Shown one piece after another: positions 1 to 13,416 of a DNA stretch of 60,000 nt. The stretch spans positions 4,590,001 to 4,650,000 of the forward strand of contig CM097885.1 in the NCBI GenBank assembly GCA_044892525.1. Reading direction: 5' to 3'. Source of the stretch: Schmidtea polychroa. Its lineage: Eukaryota. The translations under genes were made by a program, and so were the position numbers. The notes beneath the pieces are model-generated. The model searched no databases and had not been told where the DNA came from. It was given only the letters and a program-made list of their open reading frames with translations. Positions within the stretch are counted from its first letter, which is position 1. The number at the start of each line of letters is the position of its first letter.

Positions 1-77
1 ATTAATTCAAGTTAAAACGAGTTATCAAGTTGTAAACAAAAACTCCAATTCCAACTCCAATCATTAACTAAATTTTC

Positions 78-450
78 AAATCCCTTATAGAAGTAGAAAT
101 CAAGTTCAAACCTAATTGTAAGTCAAGGATTGAGCTCTGTTACTAGAACAAGAATAAAGTTGAAAATAAAGTCTCCAATACCAACTGTTAACTAAATATC
201 CAAATCCCTTATAGAAGTAGAAATCAAGTTCAAACCTAATTGTAAGTCAAGGATTGAGCTCTGTTATTAGAACAAGGATAAAGTTGGAAATAAAGTCTAC
301 AATACCTACTGTTAATTAAATATCCAAATCCCCTATAAAAGTAAAAGTCAAGTTCAGACCCAATTACAAGCCAAGGATAGAGTTCGGATACGATGACAAA
401 AGTCAAAATTGAAATAATCGAACATAGTATTAATACTAAAGAAGATTAGA
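78..450. repeat. ~124-bp degenerate tandem repeat (about 3 copies)
   Basis: AAATCCC(T/C)TATA(G/A)AAGTA...TCAAGTTCA recurs at ~78, ~202 and ~326. Confidence 0.7.
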
Positions 451-989
451 ATTCAAGCTAATCTATCTTAAACTGCAAGCTTCCAATCCTATCTCTAGGT
501 AAAGGACCAGATTCAAATCCTAGTCAAACTATTTCCGAACTCAAGGTTTTAGAATTTTTGTTTTTGAATAAAAGTTTTTGTCATAATCTATATTATTGTT
601 AGTTATTATTTTTATTTTTTATTCATTATACAGCACTCACCCCGATTGTCCCAATACATTTTATCGGTGACTCTTTCGGGCTCAACAATTTTCTTATTAA
701 ACATACACGAACATACGAAAACATCCAACAATTTTCTTATCAAACATACACTTAACACAGATCAATAAATGGATCTGCACAAAGCTCATTAAATGCTGAT
801 CCAATTTGATCCAATCAGCATTAAATGCGGTTACAGCTGATCCACGGCATCAATAATGTTGCAATCAGTTTATAATTGGGCAAATGCATCAATAACTGAA
901 TCAGACAAATTGATCCACCAGAACAAGGCAAATAATAAATCAGACCAAAACCAAAATAAATCAATTTTTATTGAAATGTTTGTTTAAAT

Positions 990-1595
990 TTGTCATTTTT
1001 CAATTCTGCACCTGAGCAGCAATTTATCCGATACGGCAGCAGCTTCTTCGAAGAAGACTAAGATTGAATAATCAGGAAAATAAATGTCAACTGGATCATT
1101 TATGTCATTTGATGGTTTCCTCCATACGCGACTATTAGGCCAAACTGAATATTTTTTTGAATTACTTTTCAAAAAGCTTCAATTTGCTGAATTGATCATA
1201 TCGACTGTCACCGATTGCTTAAACGGCCAATCCAATCGCTCATCATTTTCCCCGCGAATAAAGCAGAAATCAACATAAATTAGATCCCTAACTATATCAA
1301 GATCCTCAATCATCAACCTCAAGCACATTTTGTAACCGAGTGGCCCGGAATAAAATGCCTTGCTATAAATATATTTATCTTTCTCTTGTTTTGAAAATTT
1401 ATCAATTTCCCATTCAAAAAATCCATAATTTATATATTCATTTGCAAAAGTGGCATATTTTGCAATCTCAAGCTGATACTGAATCTAAAATTCAAACATT
1501 TCAATAAATTAATAAATCACTTTTTCATCCTTCTCTCTCTGCAGCTGCCTGGATTTCACTATACACTCTTTTAATCGCCGTTCCAAATCCTCCAT
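990..1595 (-). pseudogene. TRAF-family (coiled coil + MATH/TRAF-C domain) pseudogene of the host
   Basis: Manual translation: exon MEDLERRLKECIVKSRQLQREKDEK, short GT-AG intron, then FFEWEIDKF..YSKAFYSGPLGYKMCLRL. After a frameshift comes ENDERLDWPFKQSVTVDM. These are hallmark TRAF-C motifs; frameshift and stops present. Confidence 0.75.
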
Positions 1596-4354
1596 TAGCT
1601 ATTATCAAAATTATTAATTAAATGATATATAATTATTAATTAAAAAATAAACTAATTAAATATTTCATTTTTATATTTTATATTATCAGAATATTTCAAC
1701 ATTTACAACATAAATCATAAATCATACTTATTATATTAATTATTTATTCTGACGTTTACAATTTCAATATTTATAATTTGTATTTTGATGTAGATAAACA
1801 AACATTTTATAAATATTGTATTTTAGCTTTGAGGGCAATTCGAAAAATTTTTACTGTTAATTTTCCGTATTTTTCTCATCATATTTTTTTCATAAAATAT
1901 TTCAATAAAAAAGTAATAATTTATAGAATTTAATCTGATTAGAAAGGAATTCAAAATCAACAGAGCAAAAATAGAAATTCAAATAAAATCAATACTTTTT
2001 AACAAAATAATAAAAATTTTGAAAATGATTTAAATAAAATTTTACTGTGTATCGCTAAACGGGTTATTAATGTATTCAGGAATTTTGGGGTTTTAGCCTT
2101 TGATCTAATGATCTCGTTATGGTTATAAATGTTGGGAGTGATCCACAATTGGATAATTGGATATTTCAATGATCCAAATATTAGAATATAATTCACTCAG
2201 AAGATTTATTCCAAATCTTAAATCAAGAATTTTATGAAATAATTAAAACAAGTCAATGGGGAAAGTAGAAATTTGTAGTAAAATAAATAAATCAATAAAA
2301 TTAATATCTGTGAAAATGTTGAGAAATGCAAATATTTTGTCCGTGTCGAATAAGTTTCAAATCAATAATTGTGAAAATAAATGAAATAAATATTTCATTA
2401 ATAAATTATTAAAATATTTGAAAGTTTTTCAAAATTCAAAAATAATTATAAATAATAATTATAAATAATAATAAATACTTTTGAAATTTCAATATTTAAA
2501 ATGTTTTTTGTTGTAGATAAACAAACATTTTATAAATATTAGGGAAAATTAGATTGAGATTAATGTTAATTTTTCAGTGTTTTTCTTTTTTCTTTATAAC
2601 TTAATTTTCAAAATTTTTGTAAAAAACAAAATTAATATTTTTTAAAATCTTACGAAATTATTTAAATAAAAATTTGAAAATTGCAAAAAATTGTTGAGAA
2701 ATTTAATTGAAATAATTTTTAAAAAATAAAATGCAAATTAAAAATATTTCGAAATCTACAATAAATTTAAAATAAAAAAAGTCAAAATATAAAGAAATTT
2801 ATCGATAATTTGAAATTTTTTGAACAGATAAAAAAGAAATTCTGTTGAGGTCTCAATATCTGAGATTCCCAACGTTGCACTGGTGACTATATAGGTCTAT
2901 CAAATATGAAAACAGAGTTTGGTTAACAAATATATATTTTGAAATATAGGCGAACCCGCTTAATATCATGCTTACGGTTCCAAAAAAAATCATGTTATTA
3001 AGCGGGTCGTGATAATAACCGAAAACTCGGTTATTATCATTATTCATGACAATAACCGAAATTTTATTTCAATAGAGAATTTATTTATGTATTTATTTAT
3101 GAAAAAAGACATTATATTACGTCTGTTGAAGGTCTAAATCGATCTTCTGGAGTGAACATAGTTCACTCCCCTCCAAATGAAGGAGAAGAATCAACAGATC
3201 CATCGCCTGGAGCACTGCCAAAACAGCCTCATCACAGAAAGCAGAGCCCAGGAGGCCTTGGTGCAGGAGCAGTCACAGCCATTCAGAGAAGTGAAACATT
3301 TAGGTTACGAAACGAAAGCACATAATGACCAACAATTCCAAATCTTGTCTTATAATGATATAACTAAAACATAGTTTTCAATTTCAGAGCGAGTTGAGAT
3401 AGAATCGTATGACAATATGAAACATAGGAATTGTTCACAGAAACGCAGAATAACTATAAAAAAATATATGCCAAGAAAGAGTTTAGACTAGGAGAGAGTT
3501 GTCAGAGAAACTAGAATCCAATAAACACATCATGTATATCATAACATTTTACAATTTAGTTTTATTATCAATTGTCCGATATTCATTCAAATTATCTAGT
3601 ATCATTTCATTTCCTCTTTTCTTCATATTTTCTTCAATTTTACTTTTATTTTCTTCAATTTATTTAATCAATTCTAATATATATATATATATAAACAACC
3701 TCTCCGTGCCCATGTGCGCACACATACAAAAACAAGAAAATTTAACAATAAACGCGTACACAGGCGCGAACGCACAAACCACATAGACAGTCAGATGGAA
3801 ATGTCACTCCTCCATCTGACTAGTTGAAACATTTCTCCACTCTAGGGTTAAATTTGTTAGAGTTAAAAGTGTTATTTAAATATTGATATTTAAACAAAGT
3901 ATAAATAGAGTCAATATTCGAATTTATGAAATTAAAAATATCATTTTTTAAATGTTTATTAAGTGAGATTTCAGGTGAAAATTCAGGAATATTTTTTAAA
4001 TTTAACTTAATAATTCTATCGATTTTATTAATTAAGAATCGATTAAATTTACTTATATGAAATTGATTAAAATTGAAAATGTTATTAAAATTTTTATAAT
4101 CAAAATAATCACAAGATGATTTTTTATTATACGAATTTGTTTTATAAAATTTTCTTTTAAATTAGGATTTTTAATATTATTATTGGAAGTAGAATCCCCA
4201 TTATAAGCGCTAGTACCCCACTCGGTATCAATTCAATTATTTTTATGATAGCTTTAAAAATGTCAACTAGGTTTGCATCAGTAGAGGGGTCAGGGTAGTA
4301 ATCATTATTATCATTAATCTTATTGGACAAGTAGGATTTATTAAAGTTAAAAAG

Positions 4355-7049
4355 GACTAACCCAATGTCTCATAATTTTTTCCAAAATATTATTAGTGAT
4401 CCAGCGGGCTTACACTTTTTCTCATCGCAAAAGCTATCGTTCCCATTATCCGAATTTATTAATCGATAGCTTATTTTGAAGCTTAGTCTACGACCTTTCG
4501 ATTGAGCCATAGAAGGTATCATTATCATTATCATTCTATTGGACGATACCTCATCTTAAATCCCAATGCAAGACCTTTAAGATGAGATATAGATTCCTAT
4601 CATACGATGACTCATCTCATTTTTAGAACAAAGACAAAGACTAACCCAATGTCTCATAATTTTTTCCAAAATATTATTAGTGATCCAGCGGGCTTACACT
4701 TTTTCTCATCGCAAAAGCTATCGTTCCCATTATCCGAATTTATTAATCGATAGCTTATTTTGAAGCTTAGTCTACGACCTTTCGATTGAGCCATAGAAGG
4801 TATCATTATCATTAATATTGGCAAAGTTATTAACATTTTACCAAAAATCATTTTCAAGGTCATATTATTATTATTATTATTATTATTTTTCAAAATAATA
4901 TTAGTGATCCAGCGGGCACATGGTTTTCATTATCCGAATTTATTAATCGATAGCTTATTTTAAAGCCCTGTGCAAGATATATTTATTGATATATAAATAT
5001 TATTATTATCATTATTATTGGCAAAATTAATAACGTTTTACCAAAAGTCATTTTCAAGGTCATTTATTTTTTTTTCAAGGTCAAGGTCATTTATTTTTTC
5101 CAGGGTCTTTAAAATTTTCAAGGTCAAGGTCAAGGTCATTCCCAAGGTCACATGACTCACCGTGATGACTCATCAAGGTCATTTAATTTTTCAAGGCCAT
5201 TTATTTTCAAGGTCATTTTTTTTCAAGGTCATTTAATTTTTCAAGGTCAGAGTCATTTATTTTTTCAAGGGCATTTATTATTTTTTCAAGGTCAAGGTCA
5301 AGGTCATTTATTCTTTTCAAGGTCATTTATTTAATTCTTCAAGGTCAAGGTCAAGGTCATTAATTTTTTTCAAGGTTACGGTCATTCCCAAGGTCATATG
5401 ACTCACCGTGATAAACTCATCAAGGTCATTTAAATTTTCAAGGTCATTTATTTTTTTCAAGGTCATTAATTTTTTCAAGGTCAAGGTCGTTCCCACGGTC
5501 ATATGACTCACTGTGATGACTCATCAAGGTCATTTAATTTTCAAGGTAATTTATTTTTTCAAGGTCATTTAATTTTTCAAGTTCATTAACTTTTTTCAAG
5601 GTCAGGTAATTTTTCAAGGTCAAGGTTAAGGTCATTCTCAGGGTCATATGACTCACCGCGATGACTCATCAAGGTCATTTAATTTTTCAAGGTCATTAAT
5701 TTTTTTCAAGGTCATTAATTTTTTTCAAGGTCAAAGTCAATGTCATTTATTTTTATTTCAAGGTCATTTATTTTTAATGTCAAGGCCATTCCCAAGGTCA
5801 TATGACTCACCGTGATGACTCATCAAGGTAATTTAATTTTCAATGTCATTTATTTTTTCAAGGTCATTTATTTTTTTTTCAAGGTCAAGGTCAAGGTCAT
5901 TTATTCTTTTCAAGGTCATTTATTTAATTCTTCAAGGTCAAGGTCAAGGTCATTAATTTTTTTCAAGGTCATTTAGTTTTTCAAGGTCATTTTTTCAAGG
6001 TCATATTATTTTTGAAAAATATTATTATTATTACTATTATTATTATTATTATGATTATTATTATATACTCTGAGTTTATCCGACAAAATATTCTGTCCAA
6101 GGTCAAGGTCAAGGTCATTTATTTTTTTAATTTAATTTTATGTTTTAATTAAGTGATCCAGCGGGCTCACACTTTTTATCATCCCAAAAATTAATGTTCC
6201 CACCAACGGATTCTATTGGACGATACCTCATCTTAAATCCCAATGCAAGACCTTTAAGATGAGATATAGATTCCTATCATACGATGACTCATCTCATTTT
6301 TAGAACAAAGACAAAGACTAACCCAATGTCTCATAATTTTTTCCAAAATATTATTAGTGATCCAGCGGGCTTACACTTTTTGTCATCCCAAAAGCTATCG
6401 TTCCCATTATCTAAATTTATTAATCGATAGCTTATTTTGAAGCTTAGTCTACGACCTTTCGATTGAGCCATAGAAGGTATCATCATCATTAATATTGGCA
6501 AAGTTATTAACATTTTACCAAAAATCATTTTCAAGGTCATATTATTATTATTATTATTATTATTATTTTTCAAAATATTATTAGTGATCCAGCGGGCACA
6601 TGGTTTTCGTTTGCCCAAAGTTTTGTTCCCATTATCCGAATTTATTAATCGATAGCTTATTTTAAAGCCCTGTGCAAGATCTATCTATTGATATATAAAT
6701 ATTATTATTATCATTATTATTGGCAAAATTATTAACGTTTTACCAAAAATCATTTTCAAGGTCATTTATTTTTTCAAGGTCATTCATTTTTTTTTCAAGG
6801 TCATATTATTTTTTAAAAATATTATTATTATTACTATTATTATTATTATGATTATTATTATATACACTCTGAGTTTATCCGACAAAATATTCTGTCCCCC
6901 TATGGGTATTGCTCACAAAGGTACTGCTCACCAGAGTACTACTCACACTCAACAAGTCACATGGATACTGTTCACAAAGTTACTACTAAAAATAATCAAG
7001 ACAAAACTTTAACAAAGAAATTCTAAATATTATTCTTTAAATATACACT
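4355..7049 (+). repeat. Left inverted arm of element A, internally duplicated, with TCAAGGTCA arrays
   Basis: Block GACTAACCCAATGTCTCATAAT... occurs at ~4355, ~4639 and ~6316; reverse complement of 20233-21339. Confidence 0.85.
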
Positions 7050-7297
7050 CAACTCATATATGTAGTGGTGTGCTCACTCTAACATACATTTCAAATAAAA
7101 ATTTCTACCAAATTCTTTCAATAGTTAAAAATGATTTGTAAAAACTTTATCAATATTAATAAATATATTTATACAAGTGTTTAACATTTGTAAGAAATGT
7201 GAAAACTATAACGAGTTTTCAATAAAAATTTCAGATAATACTACAATGTAGAAGAAACGTTTTCAAAATAAAAAGAGATATTAACATTTATCACAGT

Positions 7298-10200
7298 TTA
7301 GTCTGACAATAAAATATCATCTATATCTATTTCATCATTAGGATCATCACCAGAAACAAAATCTGGACTTAATCCTCCGAATAGTGGCCCAACTTCTTCA
7401 AATATTTGATCATCATTTATATCATCTAGTGCTAAATAATGACCAAATGCGAGACTGGAATTTTTCCCCACCCAAAACCGCTTGTCGTCGTTGTTTGACA
7501 ACGCGATTTTATTGTTTTTAAATGTGTACAATTGATGGTTCCGCGTCCTTATCCTACTTTGTGGCACAGAAAATACTACGTTGTTATTGTAGCATTCTAA
7601 ATATGAATCGTGCCTAATTTCTGTACCTATTAACCTGACTCTTTTTGCTTTTAAATGATCTTTAGCCCCTAACAAACTATAGCACTTGGGTCTTAAGAAA
7701 ACCCATTCCTTATACCCTAGACCTTTACTTTCATCTTTAAATTTACCTATCACCGAATCAAGGTTTCTAGAGTATAAGGGATGTGCAGGGTCATAGTTGG
7801 AAGTGTCTAAAAGATTGTCACGAATCATTGCCGGCAAAAGAGTGTCAAGCTTACAGTTCCTAACCTCAAGAAAAAGAGTCAGCATCGCCGGCAACGATAT
7901 TTATCTCACATTTAAATTCATTTCTATATTTAGCCAATTCTATATACTGTAACTGGTACATCCTCAGTTTAGACAGGTCTAGCACCGTTTGGCCAATGTA
8001 ACTAGGCCTGTCTAAACATATAGAATCCTTATTGAGATGTGCAGCAATCAAGTCATCATCAATTTTGATAGATTTCTTGAAAGTCGGCTCTGAAGCATAT
8101 ACAATCATCTTTTCAGCTGAATTGCATAGCCTCAAATTCATCCATTTTTTAAGGTTTTCTACGGATTTCCCATACAGACTATTATTAAATAATTTGTATA
8201 GATCTCTGTGCAGCTCGCATGTAGAATTGGCTCTCAAATTAGTGTTTTTGTCTATGTACGATTTAAAAATGGGTGCATGCTCTAATTTGATTGCTCTATG
8301 TACATTTTTAATAATAGCCCCTAATTCTATATACAACTTGAGAAATCGCCAATGAAGAACATGGTTCTTCTTCGGCCAATGCGTGAGCATCAGCTTCTCA
8401 ACTTTAGAATTTGGCGGGCACATCTTTTCCGGAGCAAGCGGAAAATCATTCAGAAAGTCATGCAAACAATCAGGTATATCGATATCTACCTCCATAGTAT
8501 AACCATATGGAAGGTTATCGATATCAGCATTCATACATTCATTCAAGACAGAATCAAGATCATCATACACCCAAACAAAGTCAGCATAAGGCAGATTTTG
8601 GCTTAAGGCCCAACCATACAAGTTATTAATATCAATATACAAGAGTTCTGTGTCTTCAGAACTTGCAACATAATGTTTGTTAACAAATGTTAACCCACCC
8701 CGTATCCCTCCTTCATAGAAATTAAACATTTCCATGTCCTGCAAAAGTTCAATGGGTTCCGTTAATGTCATAAGCGCAGAGGCCCATGACATACCGGGAA
8801 TGCCATAGAAATTAAGAGGCTCAAGACCATGGCCTTTTCACGGAATTGTTGAAAATAGTCTGCGAGGAGAAACACGTCTAATTTAAGGTAAGTTAACATG
8901 TAATCTAACATGTTATTGCAGTTTTGCTGAGTCCAAATAACTTGGGCTAATGCATATTCATCATTAGACACAGAATCCCAGATAGGAGGTAGTTCAAGAG
9001 TCGATTCTAGAACCTCAAGAGATGTGGCAAAGTCATAAGGAAAGACACCTTTGGCTCGAACAATTGCGCCATCGAAAACCGAAGAAGTTAAAGGCAGATC
9101 GGAAAGAGTCTTAACCGCTTTTGCTAAAGATGAATTAACAAACTGCATGCTGTCAATAAAAAGAACAGACAATTTGTTAATATACACGATGAGGGAGATG
9201 AATTTCTCGGTAGTGGTCGGAATAATATTTAATTCCCAAGAAGGAAAATTCTTCAAACCATACTTCAAAATATGATAGAGATCATACCCCCTCAAATTAT
9301 GAAAAACCACAGGTAACCTTTCTGAATTCGTCGAGAAACATTACATTTCCTACAGGCAGCACCAAGATACTTACCTGAAAAGTGACAATGATCCCTAACT
9401 CTATTTCTAATAAATTTTTTACAAAGGTAGCAGGTTCTGGAATCACGAAAGGCCCGCTCTTCAGCGAAAGACAAGGTTTGCATGGGCTTTTTCCCATTAA
9501 TTTCGTAATATGGCAAGAAAATTGTCATAGCAATTTCCTCCACCTTACGCAAGAAAGACAACACACAATCATCCCCAACAAACTCATAATAAAATTTAGA
9601 GTTATTATAATTATTTATTAATAATAAACCTGCTGTTATTGGCAAATGCTTTTGATGGTGTATTATATCCCCCGGTAAAATTGATTCAAAGTCTGCATAT
9701 ATCACGAATGGCGGGGTTATGGTTTTCGCATAATTTTGAAAAATTAAATTTTTCTCTTTAGGTAGCGTGTATAGAGTTGTTCCTATCTGGTTTTTAATGC
9801 ATAAGGCGACATGAATATCAAATGCATTTTTATGTCTAAATCCGTTAAGACAATGGGGACACCAGTTTACTTGAAGTCTAACGCCGCATTCACTGCTAGA
9901 GTGACAATTCATTAATTTTTGTAAGTTAAAAACTGCGGTGTAATGAAAATTATCAACATCTTCCAATAAAAGTAAGTATAAGGGTTCACCACCTATAACC
10001 TTAGATCGGTGAATTATATCCAATTTGGGATGATGTGGAATATAATTATCGTCAACTATATTTTCAAAAGGCTTAGCTGGGGTTGTTCTATAAGTTAAAA
10101 AATTTATTGCTAAATTTAAATCCTTATTTTTCATCTCGAATTTAGGAATATCACATAGTTTCATTGGACAATCGAAAATGGGGTCAAAATTTAACTCGTC

Positions 10201-11240
10201 AAGATAATTTTCATAGGAACTAACTCTATTTCTATTTATATGTACGACATTACGTTTTAAAAGTGCTAAAATACTATTTATAAAGCACATATAATCAGTG
10301 TTTTTAACGTTTACTATTGCACTTTTAGATTTTAAAGCTGATGGGGTGGGGATATAACTATGTCCAGCTAGCCTATTCATATGTGTAAATTTTGTTAATA
10401 TAAAATCTATTTCTTTGATTTTAACAACCCGCCATCCACTACCCAAATATGTGAATTTTTCTATTTTATTATTTAATTTGTGAACCCCCTCACTTAGAAA
10501 ACTATCTGAAAAAGCCTCTGCCTATTCGAGAAGAAATTATCTTTAATTTCACCATCTTTTTCAAATTGAATCAATACGGAGAATTGTATTTTCACCGACC
10601 CCATTCTGATTATTTCATGATTTAACTTATTAACAATTTTATCGGTTATGGTTATTTGAATGATGTTATCCTTCTCTACATTAAATCTTAGATTCTTTCG
10701 AACCCCCTTAAAATCAATTTCGATTTCAGGTTCATCGTCAATATCGACTGAACCGCCTACTTGAATATTATTAACCACACCATTGACAGTTATTTGATCT
10801 AATTTATTAATTTTAGAGGGAGCATCAGACCCAATACTAACAGCAGGTCTTTTTAAATTATTATTTACATTAATAACATTATTAATTATAGGTTTTGTAA
10901 TATTATTTACAGGTTTTATATGTTTTGTATTAGTTTTAATTACATGTTTTGTAATATAATTTACAGGTTTTGTATTATTTACATTAGTTTTAATTACAGG
11001 TTTTGCGGTATTTCGCAGTTTGTTAAATATATCCTTTTTATTTAAAGAGAACTGATTTAAATGGGATTTATGTATACTGTAAAACTCTAAATATTTAATG
11101 CTATGGGAAGTCTCGCATATTGGGCATATATAGTACTTGATGCCATAAAATTTACGACCATAATATTTTTTCATCACTTTGTGACATAATTTTGAGTGAG
11201 CAGTTGAAGCCTGGCAGTAATGTGGATAAAATTTGCCTGT
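7298..11240 (-). pseudogene. Protein-primed family B DNA polymerase of element A, frameshifted into 5 pieces
   Basis: ORFs 10494-11177, 9292-10446, 8768-9310, 7866-8792, 7298-7894. Motifs: YADFES, RDHCHFSGKYLGAACRKCN (EndoVII-like), FHNLRGYD, YLKLDVFLL, YIDINNLYG, KLFNNSLYGK, GDADS. Confidence 0.93.
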
Positions 11241-11436
11241 TAATTATATTTATCAATTAATATTAGTCATGAAATTGTATTTATATAACATTTATATTTC
11301 TTTTACGCAATTATCATTTAGTTCTTATAAGGATTTTACAATTATTGATATGTTTCATTTAAATACATTATAAAAATGAAATAAATATTAATAATTGTAA
11401 AATATTAATAAAGTCTTGTAAACTATAAATGTGGGA

Positions 11437-11503
<67 letters not shown>

Positions 11504-11884
11504 GATGCAGCTGCATGCTCACTGCAGACTACATTTAATAAAGGGTAATTATTACATAATAAATAAATAGTTTGATGTAGCTGCATGCTCGATGCAGACT
11601 ACATTTAATAAAGGGTAATTATTACATAATAAATAAATAGTTTGATGTAGCTGCATGCTCGATGCAGACTACATTTAATAAAGGGTAATTATTACATAAT
11701 AAATAAATAGTTCGATGTAGCTGCATGCTCGATGCAGACTACATTTAATAAAGGGTAATTATTACATAATAAATAAAATAGTTTGATGCAGCTGTATGCT
11801 CACTGCAGACTACATTTAATAAAGGGTAATTATTACATAATAAATAAATAGTTTGATGCAGCTGCATGCTCACTGCAGACTACA
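11504..11884. repeat. 70-bp tandem repeat (6 units), each with a hairpin
   Basis: TTTGATGTAGCTGCATGCTCGATGCAGACTACATTTAATAAAGGG... at 11571, 11641, 11711 etc. Confidence 0.9.
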
Positions 11885-11889
11885 AGATA

Positions 11890-11944
<55 letters not shown>

Positions 11945-12265
11945 TTAACTAATGTAGTTGCTCATTGCAAACTACAAAGAGTATTTTAAAACTATAGTTT
12001 ATTAATCACTTTTTTTAAACATTTGCATAATTTCAAAATAATAATTTCATAATTTTCTCTATTTTCGTTATAATAATTTCAATATAATATTTTCATAATT
12101 TTCTTCATTTTCGTTATAATAGTTTCATCATAGTATTTTCTTCATTTTCATAATTTTCATCATAGTTATTTCTTTACAATTTCCATCATAGTATTTTCTT
12201 CATAATTTCGTCATAATTACAATAATAATAATTCCAAAAAAACATAATAATTTTACGAATAATAT

Positions 12266-12880
12266 TTATGCAACTGTTTAAAAAAGTGATTAAGAAAATT
12301 TTAAAAATTTTGTTAAAGAAATATAAAATTAAATAAAGGCTTACATTGTGATTCCTGGTCGGAATCAGATTCCTCATCAGCTACCTCCTCAATAGAAGTG
12401 AGGGCATTATTTTCATCAATAGAAATGTGAGCATTATTCTCCTCAATAGAAGTGAGGGCATTTTCCATATTGTTTTCCTCATCATTATTAATTGGGGTAT
12501 CTGCATCCATGTCATCATTAAACACTAAAATGATTTTTAAAAAATAATATACTAAAATAAAATAAATTTACTTTGTTTATTGAAAACATTGTTTTGCCCA
12601 ACAAATAAGGCATCATTATCCGGGGCATCATTTTGTCCAATAAACACGACATCATCGTCGTCGCTAATTATAATAGGTTCTAAATAAAATAATAATTTCA
12701 TAAAAATTAAAATATTTAAATTTACCGAAAATCCTATCAACATTCAAAATTGAATCATCTTCGGTCACTTGGTACAAGTCGAAAGGATCTAAATAAAAAA
12801 TAAAATATAATAAATAAATAAATAATAAAATTACCGGTAGTCAATAGACTTCTTAAAATATTATTGTTTCGGTTAGTCAT
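12266..12880 (-). CDS. Five-exon acidic ~134-aa protein of element A with SIM-like motifs
   Basis: Exons 12880-12835, 12788-12726, 12679-12572, 12524-12345, 12273-12266; GT-AG introns of 46, 46, 47 and 71 nt, all phase 1, frame preserved. Confidence 0.7.
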
Positions 12881-13140
12881 TTTAAAGTTTTTAATTTTGA
12901 AAAATTGTGACAAATTTTAGATTTGTCAATGTTTATATAGATCGGGAATATTTCCATGTCTCAACCAATCAGAATTTAGACACATTCCCATATAAACTGA
13001 ATATTTTTCCTCTATCAGCCAATCAAATGGTATCTACTTCATGGGACTGACTATCTTTGTTAGTCATGACTTTGTGCATGCACAATGATTGTGTTGTCTT
13101 TATTTGGATAATAATATTTTTCAAAATGAATTTAATTAAA

Positions 13141-13167
13141 AATAATAATATTAATAATATTAATAAT

Positions 13168-13240
<73 letters not shown>

Positions 13241-13269
13241 TTGATAATAATAATAATAATAATAATATT

Positions 13270-13324
<55 letters not shown>

Positions 13325-13344
13325 TTAATAATAATAATAATAAT

Positions 13345-13375
<31 letters not shown>

Positions 13376-13390
13376 ATTAAAATAATAATA
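13141..13390. repeat. (AAT)n microsatellite
   Basis: Direct reading. Confidence 0.95.
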
Positions 13391-13416
13391 ACAACAAAGG
13401 ATACAAAATACATTTA

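Noticed and set aside
3789..3845. Helitron 3' end (AGTCAGATGGA/TCCATCTGACT hairpin near CTAG)
   Set aside because: Spacing atypical and no 5' end or Rep/helicase evidence
4654..6618. ORFs in A's arms (4654, 5152, 5323, 6331, 20653, 21126)
   Set aside because: Arise from TIR repeats; their similarity reflects DNA duplication, with no protein motifs
7298..11240. Programmed frameshifting in A's pPolB
   Set aside because: Shifts are numerous, not shared with B, and accompanied by nonsense changes in neighbouring genes; decay or assembly indels explain them
11504..11884. CRISPR-like array of palindromic repeats
   Set aside because: Intervening sequences are identical rather than unique spacers; no cas genes; eukaryotic context
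13057..13413. Poly-Asn / poly-Ile ORFs (also 11368-11586, 54543-54869)
   Set aside because: Translations of (AAT)n microsatellites
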